Part shown: positions 8,817-18,774 of the stretch, piece by piece | Layout of the letters: each line of letters opens with the position of its first letter | Numbering within the stretch: the stretch's first letter is position 1 | IMG/VR virus record: IMGVR_UViG_3300025150_000002 | Location: 32,001 to 96,000 of that record | Reading direction: 5' to 3' (one strand) | From: a virus | Lineage: Duplodnaviria; Caudoviricetes | DNA length: 64,000 bases | Position numbers and translations under genes: made by a program | The notes under the pieces: model-generated | Told to the model about the DNA's origin: nothing | What the model saw: the letters and a program-made list of their open reading frames with translations, nothing else | Databases searched by the model: none

Positions 8817-10429
8817 CCCCAGCGGGTGCTGTTATGAACGGAGATCCCATTGGCCGTGAATCGCGTCGGCCCAGGGACACCGATATCAGCAACACCCACT
8901 GGGTGGTTTGCCTCCTTCAGAGTCTTGATTTTTTCGTAAGCAACTGTGCTCGGGTAAGCCTCGGCAAGCGTCGTTACGCCCGCAACGTCACTAAAGTCCT
9001 CGCAGAACTCCTTGAACATTGATCGAGAAAACTGGACTGAGGAGCGCCCCAATCGATTCCATCCAAGCGGTGAGACCCCGCGACTTCTTCGCGATACTGC
9101 TTGCTGCTGCAACAGATGGGCGGCATCACCATAGGTAAAGGGGACGACATCTACATTGGTATTGGCGCGTGTACTGGAGACATAGTTTGCAATTTTCTCT
9201 GTTTCTTTCTCCTTCGCGAATACCTGACCAATGTGCTCCATGAACAGCCTGAGATTGTCAACACCTGTAACCTGAAGGCAGTAGCCGGTGGTTTCTTTAC
9301 CGTTCCTACTGGCCGTGTATTCGCGCGTTCGACTCTGGATGCTCCACCGAAGAAGAAGCAGCTGGACTTGCTGAATGAACCTCTCAGATGTCATTGCAAG
9401 CTGGAATCGGGGCGGCGATCCATCTCTATAGGCAACCGTACCCTCGGCGGCCCACACACGGTTGAGGAACAGAGCTACTTGATTCAGTGGTGCTCTACAT
9501 ACAGCATCTGGAACTTCCGCATCAGAGCAACCCATCCTGAAGATGCCCATCTGCTTGAGCCAGTCGCGGAAACCGCTGGTGATATAACGGCTTACATTAA
9601 CCTCCCAGGCGTTTCCCTTCGCATACGGCTCTGGCTTGGTAGCGTTGAACCCGAGAGCTTCGAGAGCCTCGATGAACTCCTGACCAGTTTTCTTACGACC
9701 ATCGCAGTAGCGAGCGCGAGTATCGGAAGATGAACCGTCAGTGACCATGTAGGCCAGGAGCTTCACCTCTTCGTCCCGAAGAGAGAAGTTCGACGGACGG
9801 TAGGTGATTTGTCTAGGCCGCAAAACGTAGTCCGACTCGACATCAAGCTGATCCGCTCTTACCCACCCACGCTGCGTGAGCACTCGGTGATCGGGGGTCA
9901 GCTTCACTCGCATCCCATTACGGAGTGTGAGCTCTAGCACCTTCATCACGCCCGAGTCGGTGCCCACAGTCGTGTCGTGGTGCCCGACTCCATCAGTCTC
10001 GTGGACGGTGAGGACACGTGTTTTCCGACCGATCAGGTCTCCAAGGATGGGCATGGAGCCGTCGGAGCACTGGACAAGGGCCTGCTTGTCGATGCAACCT
10101 GTGAGGATGCACTCAGCGTAGTCGCCCTCGAAGAACTCAATCATGTCCTCCTTGAGCTTTGGCCACAGTGTACGCGCCGTCTCCCCCAGGTAGTATTCGT
10201 CGTTGACCCACTGCGTTATAGGCACTGGCGGCCCAGTGTCTGGGTCCCATTCCATTCGTTCAGCTGCGTCGACGAGTTCCTGCTGCTGCTTTGAGGCTAG
10301 CTCCTGCACCAGCAGGTCTAGGGCTGCTTTCTCCTCCGCAGTCAGTCCTTTGATCTCTTCTTCGATGAGCTTTCGCGCCTCATCTACTGGACGATGGCTG
10401 CGGAAACGACCATTCGAGTAGACGATCAT
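8813..10429 (-). CDS. terL: terminase large subunit, proximal part with intein; stops inside Walker A (ILTG-intein-STRWG*)
   Basis: N-extein ends ECILTG; after the intein STRWG then TGA; GSTRWG + KD gives the P-loop. Confidence 0.9.
   Translation of the reverse strand: MIVYSNGRFRSHRPVDEARKLIEEEIKGLTAEEKAALDLLVQELASKQQQELVDAAERMEWDPDTGPPVPITQWVNDEYYLGETARTLWPKLKEDMIEFFEGDYAECILTGCIDKQALVQCSDGSMPILGDLIGRKTRVLTVHETDGVGHHDTTVGTDSGVMKVLELTLRNGMRVKLTPDHRVLTQRGWVRADQLDVESDYVLRPRQITYRPSNFSLRDEEVKLLAYMVTDGSSSDTRARYCDGRKKTGQEFIEALEALGFNATKPEPYAKGNAWEVNVSRYITSGFRDWLKQMGIFRMGCSDAEVPDAVCRAPLNQVALFLNRVWAAEGTVAYRDGSPPRFQLAMTSERFIQQVQLLLLRWSIQSRTREYTASRNGKETTGYCLQVTGVDNLRLFMEHIGQVFAKEKETEKIANYVSSTRANTNVDVVPFTYGDAAHLLQQQAVSRRSRGVSPLGWNRLGRSSVQFSRSMFKEFCEDFSDVAGVTTLAEAYPSTVAYEKIKTLKEANHPVGVADIGVPGPTRFTANGISVHNSTRWG
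8831..10096 (-). mobile_element. intein (422 aa, class 1) with LAGLIDADG endonuclease in TerL Walker A
   Basis: Starts CIDKQ; block B LTPDHRV; LAYMVTDG and FLNRVWAAEG motifs; ends GISVHN followed by Ser. Confidence 0.93.
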
Positions 10430-12427
10430 CTACTCACCATCCGTTAGCCGCTTCGGATCGTTGTCGACAACCGCGCCATTTACATCGATGGTGTTGGCAT
10501 CTTCAGTAGCCGCCCTGAGGATCTTCTCGGCAAGCCCGAGCAGTCGGTGGCGGGAGTTGGGGTTGTCAAGCGCGGTGAGCGGGTGGTCCTGACCAAACCG
10601 GTCCGCGAAGGTCGGCTGCTTGTCGATCCTGGCCCGGATCTCAATGCCAGCCTTGGGTAGGTAACCGGTCTCCTGGAGAATTCGGGTCTTGGTGCTCAGG
10701 GTCTTGGTAGCTATGTCCAGAAACTTGGCCTTTTCGCTGTTGTGTACGACTATGCCATCTGCGACAAAGTTGTGCTCCTTGTGCCCTACTTCGATGTCGT
10801 AAACAACTGCTTCCCCGCACGCTTCGATAGAGATCACCGACTCGGCGTGGAACGGCCGCTGTAGCTTCCTACGTGTGAAGTTAAGCGAGTGACTTGTCCC
10901 GCTCTTGATGAAACTACCATCCTTCAGGATGTGGTCGTCGGTCCTAGTCCGAGAGAGAATTCGACCGGATGCGTAGCCCAGACCATCGACTAGGCACTTC
11001 AAGTCCCGCACGAGCGCGTAGTTACAGAGCTCGACCGACACCTTCATCGAGTGGTGCGGCTTTGGTCTACAGCGGTGCCCGTCCCCATCCATGAATCCTA
11101 CGAGGAATGCCTCCCGATAGTCCTCAGACAGGCCGAAAACCCAGCCAGGAATGCGCTTGACGTGGGCTCCGTCAATCCAGCCGAGCCGGTCAAATACCCG
11201 TGCGAGCGCGACGGACGTCGAGTAGATGTTCTGACACCCTTGGTCTGTTGGGCGAATGTAGGCACGAGGATTAAACTGGCGCATCAGCTTGAGATAGACA
11301 TCGGCCAGATGACGGTCCTTACCGGGGTTTGCCACCAGCGTCGCCGTTCGCGAAGCGCGGTTGATCCAACCATCTGCAAGCCAGAACCCGAACAATCGAC
11401 AGAAATCGGGTGTTACCCGAGTTGGCAGGGTCAGATCGCTACAACCAGTGGCGCCGTGGCCGCCTGTCAACTCCCAGTGCGGTTTGTCCAAAACAAGGCC
11501 TACTCGGTCGAACATGTCAACCATCACGTGCAGCCGCACTCCATGCTTCCCTTCACGGATGTGGCTCCACTGGATCTTTAGCCCGTGGTCCTCCAGAAAC
11601 CGAGTTCTGAAGCCGTGCTTCTTCCACGTAATAGAGGCTGAATCCAACGTATCTTTGCCAAGAGTCGTCAGCCGCACGAAACTATCGTCTGAGAATCGCG
11701 GAGCGAGGGCGCGCAAAATGGGAGGAGCTGCGACAAACGCAGGCTCCGTCGCGATGACTATCTTGTCACCGACAACCCTAGGTGACACACTTCGGTTGCT
11801 CGTCGTGAGCTGGTCAAGGGCGGTCCACCGCAGACTACCCTTGGTGCTGCAGATAAATGGGTGATTCCCTGTGGCTACGATTTCGCGGTGCCGGGTTCTT
11901 AGCCTGTACACAGGCTGCTTGCCCTTCGGAATAAGCGCCACAACAGGGGCCATAACCGCCCCTCCCTCATCATGCACCATGACCAAATCACCGGCTTTGA
12001 TGTCCTGAATCTGCACCATACCTCGATTAGTCCAGATCCTGGTTTCGCCGAGTAGGCATCCGCTCTTGGCCATCGAATACTCTTGGAAGGCGGCAGCCGT
12101 AAGAGCGTCCAGCTTCTGCACGGTCATCCCGAGCTCGATATTGGCGTAATCGGGGTTGTCCTTGATGCGCCCAACTCGTTCTGCGACCTGCTCTCGCCAG
12201 TACTTGACATCCAGTGCTACCGTAGACCGGGCCACACCCAATAGGCCAGCCATCTCAGTCTGAGGAACCTCCTGACACATCATCTCCCAGATGTCTTGTC
12301 GACGACGCTCAATCGCCTGAGCGGTGTGCTTCTTCCGCTTGCTTTCCAACTGATCGAACTTCTTGCGAAATTCGTCGATTGATGCCTGAGCAGCCGAAGC
12401 CTTCTTGCTCAGCCTCTTCTTGGCCAT
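10430..12427 (-). CDS. putative terminase small subunit (HTH) with intein
   Basis: HTH QTEMAGLLGVARSTVALDV; abuts terL; about 225 aa after intein removal. Confidence 0.65.
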   Translation of the reverse strand: MAKKRLSKKASAAQASIDEFRKKFDQLESKRKKHTAQAIERRRQDIWEMMCQEVPQTEMAGLLGVARSTVALDVKYWREQVAERVGRIKDNPDYANIELGMTVQKLDALTAAAFQEYSMAKSGCLLGETRIWTNRGMVQIQDIKAGDLVMVHDEGGAVMAPVVALIPKGKQPVYRLRTRHREIVATGNHPFICSTKGSLRWTALDQLTTSNRSVSPRVVGDKIVIATEPAFVAAPPILRALAPRFSDDSFVRLTTLGKDTLDSASITWKKHGFRTRFLEDHGLKIQWSHIREGKHGVRLHVMVDMFDRVGLVLDKPHWELTGGHGATGCSDLTLPTRVTPDFCRLFGFWLADGWINRASRTATLVANPGKDRHLADVYLKLMRQFNPRAYIRPTDQGCQNIYSTSVALARVFDRLGWIDGAHVKRIPGWVFGLSEDYREAFLVGFMDGDGHRCRPKPHHSMKVSVELCNYALVRDLKCLVDGLGYASGRILSRTRTDDHILKDGSFIKSGTSHSLNFTRRKLQRPFHAESVISIEACGEAVVYDIEVGHKEHNFVADGIVVHNSEKAKFLDIATKTLSTKTRILQETGYLPKAGIEIRARIDKQPTFADRFGQDHPLTALDNPNSRHRLLGLAEKILRAATEDANTIDVNGAVVDNDPKRLTDGE
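10739..12058 (-). mobile_element. intein (440 aa, class 1) with LAGLIDADG endonuclease
   Basis: Starts CLLGETRI; ATGNHPF; LFGFWLADG and FLVGFMDGDG; VYDIEV; ends GIVVHN followed by Ser. Confidence 0.93.
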
Positions 12428-12571
12428 GGTCTCCCTCGGATGTCCGCCGTACCACTATAGCAACAGTTCGGCCCGTACAGACCTAACATAAGCTACATTA
12501 CCTTGTTGTGTATCCGTGAATGATGCTATCCTCTCAGTGTCTGAACCTCCATCAGTAGATTTCGTGGAGAC

Positions 12572-14266
12572 GTGGTAATGGGTAACTCGCCTCAGATAGA
12601 TCGCGTCGCGCGGATTCGCAGCGTCCTTGCGAGCGCAGGAGCCGCCATCAACGAAACGCCGTCACTTGTGGAAGATGGCGCTCACGCGGTCCCCCTTGGA
12701 CTACGACGAAGCATCTCGCGAACTGCGATTCGCATGATCGACGAGGCCGAGCTTAGGAAGCGCAGTCGCATCGATCAGCTTCTCGCCATCGCTGAGTCCG
12801 TGCTCTCTGAGGCACGTAAGCCGATGAGCACGGATGAGTTCGAGGCCGCCAGAGCCAAGCGCTTCGCTGCCCGTGAGGCAGCAAACAGGAAGAAGAAGAT
12901 CAAGGCCCGAATGGGCGCCATTGAGAAGGCCGAGGAGGGCGGCAAGAAGCTAAACCCTAAGGATATTCGGGCGCGACTAGTCGACCCCGACCTTCGCAAG
13001 AAGAAGAAGAAGAAGGCGATGCCGAAGGCGTCGGGGAAGCAAGCCCCGCCCACAGACCCGCCTCCTCCCCCGCCTCCCCCGGCAGCTGGCGCAGCAGCCG
13101 CGTCCGCAGGCTCGGTTCATGGCAAGATCGCTGCGCTAGAAAAGTCACACAACGAGCTCAGAGCCATCGTCCACGATGCAGCTGACCGTGGTGGCGGCGC
13201 CGGCAATGCGCTTCGTCAGGCACGCGAGCGTCTACGGCAGGTTGGCGCCAAGGCCGATAGAGGACAGATCCACGCTCCTCCAGGACAATCGGTCGGTCGT
13301 CGCCGCCAGATGCCAATGCCGCCTGATGAGATGCCCGGCAAGTTCGCCCGCGCTCAGGATAAGAAGTCCAAGGACTTGGACTGGTTGGAGAAGGAGCGCC
13401 AGCGCCGTACGGGCGTCACGAAGTCAGCCGGCAAGCTGGCCCGTATGCAGCATCGGCACGAGCTGCTGCGCAGTCGCGACCACGATCAGGCCAAAGGCTA
13501 CGACCAGTCACCTCCCCGAACTACCGGTAAGAAGGACCATCACGTCGCCTCGGACGGCAGTGAGGTTCACTCGTCGGGCAAGAAGGACAATAAGAAGTTC
13601 GCCAACGCGACTACGTTCCGCGACTCCGATGACGACGCGATGCTTCACACCGACAAGTCGACGGAAGGGTCCCGCGCGTCGGCAGACTCGGACGAGTTCG
13701 TCTTCAAGGGTGACACCAAGAAGGACCCTCGTCAGAAGTGGTATCGCGTTTCGAAGGAGGGTGGCTACGCCTCGGCCATGGCTTCGCTGGGTAAGGCCTA
13801 CCACAAGTCTCCTGACATGAGGTCCAAGGTCGCGGCTAAGGTCAAGTCCACCGGCTTCACCGACGCCTCTGGGCACCAGATCGACGTCAAGCCCACGGGC
13901 GCCCTACACAACGAGCGCGGCGCCTGCGTTCACAAGGATACGGGCCGCCTGACCTCTGTCGGGAAAGCGCTGAAGAAGCACCGTCCTGACGAGTTCTACC
14001 GCCTGTGCAAGGGCCCGCACGGCGGCAGTGGTACAGCGGCAGGTCGTAGCGAGTACGAGCGTGGTTTCGACCCGCGTCACGACGATGCTCACAAGGTCCG
14101 CAAGCTCCACAAGGCGGCGGAGGCCGGTAAGGCCGACAAGCCTGAGAAGAACATCGCGCAGCACATGGCCGCTCGTCCAGGCCGCCGAGCCGATATCCAC
14201 GGCGCGGTCAGGAGCATCGGGCGCAAGGCTGTCCGCACCAAGTGGAAGATGCGGAACAAGGGCTAG
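12572..14266 (+). CDS. basic low-complexity protein, probable head-internal protein
   Basis: K/R/H-rich body; N-terminal INE-T, LVE-D, IDE-A, IAE-S, LSE-A motifs; TGC-TATCCT extended -10 upstream. Confidence 0.7.
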   Translation: MVMGNSPQIDRVARIRSVLASAGAAINETPSLVEDGAHAVPLGLRRSISRTAIRMIDEAELRKRSRIDQLLAIAESVLSEARKPMSTDEFEAARAKRFAAREAANRKKKIKARMGAIEKAEEGGKKLNPKDIRARLVDPDLRKKKKKKAMPKASGKQAPPTDPPPPPPPPAAGAAAASAGSVHGKIAALEKSHNELRAIVHDAADRGGGAGNALRQARERLRQVGAKADRGQIHAPPGQSVGRRRQMPMPPDEMPGKFARAQDKKSKDLDWLEKERQRRTGVTKSAGKLARMQHRHELLRSRDHDQAKGYDQSPPRTTGKKDHHVASDGSEVHSSGKKDNKKFANATTFRDSDDDAMLHTDKSTEGSRASADSDEFVFKGDTKKDPRQKWYRVSKEGGYASAMASLGKAYHKSPDMRSKVAAKVKSTGFTDASGHQIDVKPTGALHNERGACVHKDTGRLTSVGKALKKHRPDEFYRLCKGPHGGSGTAAGRSEYERGFDPRHDDAHKVRKLHKAAEAGKADKPEKNIAQHMAARPGRRADIHGAVRSIGRKAVRTKWKMRNKG

Positions 14267-14271
14267 TAGCA

Positions 14272-15216
14272 GTGGCGAAGTCTCCAGGATCCAAGGCCGG
14301 TGCGGCGTCTCAAGAGGGTCTTGCACCCTGGGAGGCCGCCGTCCTAATTCCACTCGACGATCTGGTTCTCTGCGACTGGAACGTCAACGAAATGGACCCT
14401 CCGGAATTTGCCGCTCTACTCAAGGCGGTTCGCGAGGGAGGGTTCGACGAGCCTGGCCAGGTTATCCCTATCGAGAAGGGGGACTACGCAGGGAAGTTCC
14501 TGCTTCTCGGTGGTGAGCACAGGAAGAAGGTGTGCCTCGCGCTTGAGATGACGCACATGCCGTGCGTCGTAAAGAAGCACCTCACTGGGGCTGACGAAGA
14601 GACCCTGATGATGTGGAGCGTTGAGCGAAACAACATCCGTGGAAAGATCAACGAGCAGCGATTCGCCGAGCTGCAGAAGCGAATCACTGGTAGAGGAAAA
14701 ATATCTGCCGAAGCTGCTCGACGCCGTATGTTGATCCGAGACGAACGGCACGCTCATCTCAAGGAACGCTTCAGCCAAGACGTGATCGACGTCATGGTCG
14801 AAGAGGGCAAGAGGGGGATTGGTGACGGGTCGTCGGGATCCGCAGCGCCTTCGGAGAAGGTCAACGTCGGAGCGTCGCCGGACAAGCGTCGCCCGCCATC
14901 CGATGATGACGACTACGATGACGACGGCGTTACCACCGCACCCGGTAAGGGGAAGAAGAAGGCGTTCGCGGACCAGCGCGCTCTTCTGACGTCGCTGAAG
15001 GCGTTCCAGCAGGATGTCCTGCAACAAAGCGCCGACACAGTTGAGCAGGGTTATCTCTACTTCGGAATTGCGGGCCACACCCATCTCGTAGTGAACGAAA
15101 CAGCCACCCTGAACAAACTAGTGGGTGAGCTGGTCGAGTGCTGCAAGGCGAACTCAGACAAGATCAATGAGTTCCTCATAAGCGCCATCAAAAAGGAGCT
15201 CCCCCTGTGGCTGTAG
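14272..15216 (+). CDS. ParB/Srx N-terminal domain protein
   Basis: LDDLV...NVNEM...GFDEPGQV...LLGGEHR motif; likely GTG start at 14272. Confidence 0.85.
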   Translation: MAKSPGSKAGAASQEGLAPWEAAVLIPLDDLVLCDWNVNEMDPPEFAALLKAVREGGFDEPGQVIPIEKGDYAGKFLLLGGEHRKKVCLALEMTHMPCVVKKHLTGADEETLMMWSVERNNIRGKINEQRFAELQKRITGRGKISAEAARRRMLIRDERHAHLKERFSQDVIDVMVEEGKRGIGDGSSGSAAPSEKVNVGASPDKRRPPSDDDDYDDDGVTTAPGKGKKKAFADQRALLTSLKAFQQDVLQQSADTVEQGYLYFGIAGHTHLVVNETATLNKLVGELVECCKANSDKINEFLISAIKKELPLWL

Positions 15217-16937
15217 ACATCGGAGCTGTGATCGCCGAGTCGATCAACAGGAGCTATAGCTGGAACACCCTGGTGGAGAGCTACCGGGAGAAGGTCCGGG
15301 CTCGCATTCGAGATGTCACCGACGGTAGCCTGCACGAGGCTATGGCTGACCCAAATCTCCGCAAGGACCCGGAATATCGTAAGGGTTACAAGACTGGGTG
15401 GCGAGCCTCGAAGGAAGGTCGTCCTCACGCCCCGGAGCAAGGTGGTAACTACGGGGCTGGCTACTCAGCCGGCTATGAGGCGTCCGGTCACGCCAACCAG
15501 CTTGTTCAACACCACGAAGCCGGAGACCACGACACCGCAGCTGACTACAGCATGGAGAACGTTCACGGTAAGCACTACGCTCAGCTCTACGGGGCCGGTA
15601 AGGGTCAGAACTTCGAAGACGCGCTTATGCGCTGGGACAGCCCTGGAAGAAACGCCGCAGGGGAACGCACCCACCACCAGTCCGTCAAGGACTCCGTCGA
15701 CGTAATCAACAAGATCAATCAGAACCTTGATCTACCTGACGAGCAGCACAATGTGCGCGCCGCACCACATCCTGCTGATTTCGGCCCCGCGATAGTCAAC
15801 AAGCTGAAGTTCCACGCCGGACTAGAGGGTGGAAAGAAGAAGCGTCAGGCCGGCCAAGAGGGTGGGCAAAGTATAGAGCCTGAGGGAGGGATTGACGTCG
15901 CCGATGAGCGTGGTCAGCGCCCGGATGAGCTAGCGGCGGGCGCCGAGGGCGCAGCTCAAGCTCAAGCGGATCGTGCTGCGCGCATCGAACACGCTCGAAA
16001 GACGCTTCACAACGACCTGGAGACGCTAGCATTCGGCGAAGACGCGATCTCTAAGCACGATGCTGGTACGGAAAAGCACCCAGGAATTGAAGCGTTCCGA
16101 GCCGCACAACATCAGGGTTACGACCCCGCCGTCCACCACGCCCATGACCTGTGGAAGAAGGGGCTCATCGAGCACATCAGAAAGAGCAAGGCTTCTGGTG
16201 AGGGTCCACTACAGACAATGACCGGTATCAAGGCTGGTCAGGCCGGCCCTGATTCCGATACTGCACACCTGCAACATACAGGTCACGTTGAGTTCGACCC
16301 CGCTGAGGCTCTAATTCACTCCATATCAGCCCCTGAAGGCTTCAGGGCCAAGGGGTGGAAGGTGCGGGCCGCGCAGGCTCAACCCGGCCTGGAGAACTTC
16401 ACCAAGGCTCGTGCGGCCAAAGACCCGACTAACCCGAAGAAGCTGACCTCTGTCCACCCGGCCAACGGGCAGGTCGAGGGTGCGACGAATAGGGCCGTCG
16501 CGTGGCTTCACAACCAGGACCAATACAACCCTGAACACGAGATGTGGGCCTACCACTTTGGTGTGAGCGACAAGGCTCGTCAGGCGCGAGAGAAAAAGCA
16601 GGCGAAGCTGGCTCTGAAGGGCCAAGACCTTTCGCCAGATGATCAGATGCTTAGACAGGAGCCAAGCGCTCAGTTCAAGGCCCATGGCTCTCTCTCTTCG
16701 CCCAGGTCAAGGGAGACGGCCGAGAAGCTCAAGGCGCAAAGAGCCGAACTGCGCGGGCGCATCTATGCCCGTCGCAAGGCGATGGAGCAGGCCTTCGAGC
16801 TGGCGCTCAAGGTCGTGGCGGAGTGGCTTAACGAGTACGTCCAGATCCCCTCTGATCGCATGCCGGTTGTGATCGAGGAGATTTACTCCAGGATCCAGGC
16901 TAACTACGGTGTCCTCTTCGAGGATGAGGAGGGCTAG
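15207..16937 (+). CDS. hypothetical protein, probable head-internal protein
   Basis: 576 aa, H/A/G/K-rich; IAE-S, LVE-S, LHE-A near the N-terminus. Confidence 0.7.
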   Translation: MAVDIGAVIAESINRSYSWNTLVESYREKVRARIRDVTDGSLHEAMADPNLRKDPEYRKGYKTGWRASKEGRPHAPEQGGNYGAGYSAGYEASGHANQLVQHHEAGDHDTAADYSMENVHGKHYAQLYGAGKGQNFEDALMRWDSPGRNAAGERTHHQSVKDSVDVINKINQNLDLPDEQHNVRAAPHPADFGPAIVNKLKFHAGLEGGKKKRQAGQEGGQSIEPEGGIDVADERGQRPDELAAGAEGAAQAQADRAARIEHARKTLHNDLETLAFGEDAISKHDAGTEKHPGIEAFRAAQHQGYDPAVHHAHDLWKKGLIEHIRKSKASGEGPLQTMTGIKAGQAGPDSDTAHLQHTGHVEFDPAEALIHSISAPEGFRAKGWKVRAAQAQPGLENFTKARAAKDPTNPKKLTSVHPANGQVEGATNRAVAWLHNQDQYNPEHEMWAYHFGVSDKARQAREKKQAKLALKGQDLSPDDQMLRQEPSAQFKAHGSLSSPRSRETAEKLKAQRAELRGRIYARRKAMEQAFELALKVVAEWLNEYVQIPSDRMPVVIEEIYSRIQANYGVLFEDEEG

Positions 16938-17248
16938 TGGGCTATCTATCCAATAACCTACCTCAACGGCTTGACCAGATCGTTGAGTGCCCCGCGCTCT
17001 ACAAGCTGGTCCTGCACGTCCGTCATCGCAGCGAGTTCCACGCCTTGATTGCCGGAGAAACCGACGACACCATCGGCAAGATCATTCGATCTGTAGTGCC
17101 AGATCCCGAGGATTGGCAGTACGGCGCCGGACGTCTGGTCGGCCCCAAGGGGTTCGTCGAGTTCAGGTTTCACATCCCTAGTCACCGCTCACGAGCCCAG
17201 GAAGAACTGCGATTCAAGGGCTACTACACAGAGACAGTAGACGAGTAG
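16937..17248 (+). CDS. hypothetical protein
   Basis: GTG start overlapping the upstream stop. Confidence 0.65.
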   Translation: MGYLSNNLPQRLDQIVECPALYKLVLHVRHRSEFHALIAGETDDTIGKIIRSVVPDPEDWQYGAGRLVGPKGFVEFRFHIPSHRSRAQEELRFKGYYTETVDE

Positions 17249-17327
17249 AGTGTGATCGAGTGATGTATTGTGCATCAACAGGCGGTAGACTGTTTGATAT
17301 CAACTGCCGCGAGGCCGGGGTTTACGA

Positions 17328-18764
17328 ATGAGCAAGAACAAGTTCAGCACAGCCGCGTCGGGTTTCCGCCAGAGGCTTTCTGAAAACTCGCCGCTTGAGG
17401 CCCCTGTTCGCGGCTTCAGCCGTTACGCCCGAGACATGAGCCCGGCAACCCGTGAGCTGGTATTGCGCGCACGCATGCCTGAGATCATGTCGTTCGCCGA
17501 GGATCGCCGGATCGACCCGGCTGTCCTCGCCGGAGTCGTCGAGGCATCGATGCGCTTGGGCCGCATCCCTGACCTCGGCCTCTACGGCCTTGCCGGCGAC
17601 GAGGCGCTCGCCGTCAAGGATTTCGTAGCTACCGCAATGCTCGGGCTTGAGTACGAGCTCAACCAGGGTCTGCCGGTGCTCTCCGAGGACGCCGGCAAGG
17701 CAGCACAACACAAGGGCTACGCTGACCACTATCGGCGCCTTGCCGACCATCACGCGCAGTCGATGGACTTCCACACTCAGGCAGCCAAGGAGGCGAACCG
17801 AGAGGGCCGTCCGTTCACGGCAGCTCGTCACCAGGGCAAGCTTGCTATGCTCAAGCAGCTCCATATGTCGCACGCAGCGTTGGCGGACTACCACGACTGC
17901 GAACACGCGCGCTGCAACAAGAATGCTCAGCGGACCGCCGTCCCGACTGGGGCTGGTCCGACCAAGGTCGACCAGCCGACCGGAGCTCCAGAGGCGACCA
18001 CACACCCGACTCAGGGCTCGACGGCGGCCCAGCGTCAAGAGACGCCTGCTACACACCAGGAGCAAACCACGGCTGCCTCATTGGCGCCCATCATGAAGCC
18101 CATCGGATCCGCCTTCCTTCAGCGATCGCCTATTCGCTCGGTCGCCATCCGAAAGAAGGACAAGGACCGTGAGAGCGATGTCGCCTTCCGCAAGGAGCAG
18201 GCCGACAACGAGAGGCGTCGTATCCGTGCCAAGTCTTCGAATGGGTTCTTCCAGAAAACATCGATGATCGAGGACATGCTCAGCGAGGCCGCGAAGTCCG
18301 AGGACAAGAAGAAGGAGAAGAAGAAGAAGAAGGGTGGCGCCAAGACGCCCACTAAGAAGGAGCTCGGTCTCAAGGCCGACCCGGATAAGGTCGGATTGAC
18401 GGCGGCCAACGCCAAGGTCGCCGGGCTTTTCCAGCAGCTTGGCCACAAGATGGACCACGCCTGTGCCCAGTTGAAGCAGCACAAGGTCAACGACAAGTGG
18501 GCCAAGAAGCTGCACAGTGCCTGCCTGAGCAAGGGCGCTCCTAATGCCTACCACGAGGTTGTCAAGGAGTCGTTGACTGAACCTTGGATCCGCGATCAAG
18601 GGTTCGTGGACGAGGCGGCTCAGCTTAACCACCTCTGGCAGACGACGATGTCGGCTGAGACCGAGACGACGGTCAGCAAGGCGTCTCCGACATCACCTGA
18701 GCCACTGGTGTTCACGATCAATCGCATGATCGACATGTCTCAAGGTCGCGGTTCGATCTACTAA
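17328..18764 (+). CDS. hypothetical protein, probable head-internal protein
   Basis: 478 aa; multiple LSE/VVE/LTE motifs bounding basic blocks. Confidence 0.7.
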   Translation: MSKNKFSTAASGFRQRLSENSPLEAPVRGFSRYARDMSPATRELVLRARMPEIMSFAEDRRIDPAVLAGVVEASMRLGRIPDLGLYGLAGDEALAVKDFVATAMLGLEYELNQGLPVLSEDAGKAAQHKGYADHYRRLADHHAQSMDFHTQAAKEANREGRPFTAARHQGKLAMLKQLHMSHAALADYHDCEHARCNKNAQRTAVPTGAGPTKVDQPTGAPEATTHPTQGSTAAQRQETPATHQEQTTAASLAPIMKPIGSAFLQRSPIRSVAIRKKDKDRESDVAFRKEQADNERRRIRAKSSNGFFQKTSMIEDMLSEAAKSEDKKKEKKKKKGGAKTPTKKELGLKADPDKVGLTAANAKVAGLFQQLGHKMDHACAQLKQHKVNDKWAKKLHSACLSKGAPNAYHEVVKESLTEPWIRDQGFVDEAAQLNHLWQTTMSAETETTVSKASPTSPEPLVFTINRMIDMSQGRGSIY

Positions 18765-18774
18765 GGCGGCATCA

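Noticed and set aside
8808-8818. The 8-nt terL insertion as a micro-intron
   Set aside because: Far too short for a self-splicing core, and no frame-restoring deletion fits the group I rule of U before and G at the end.
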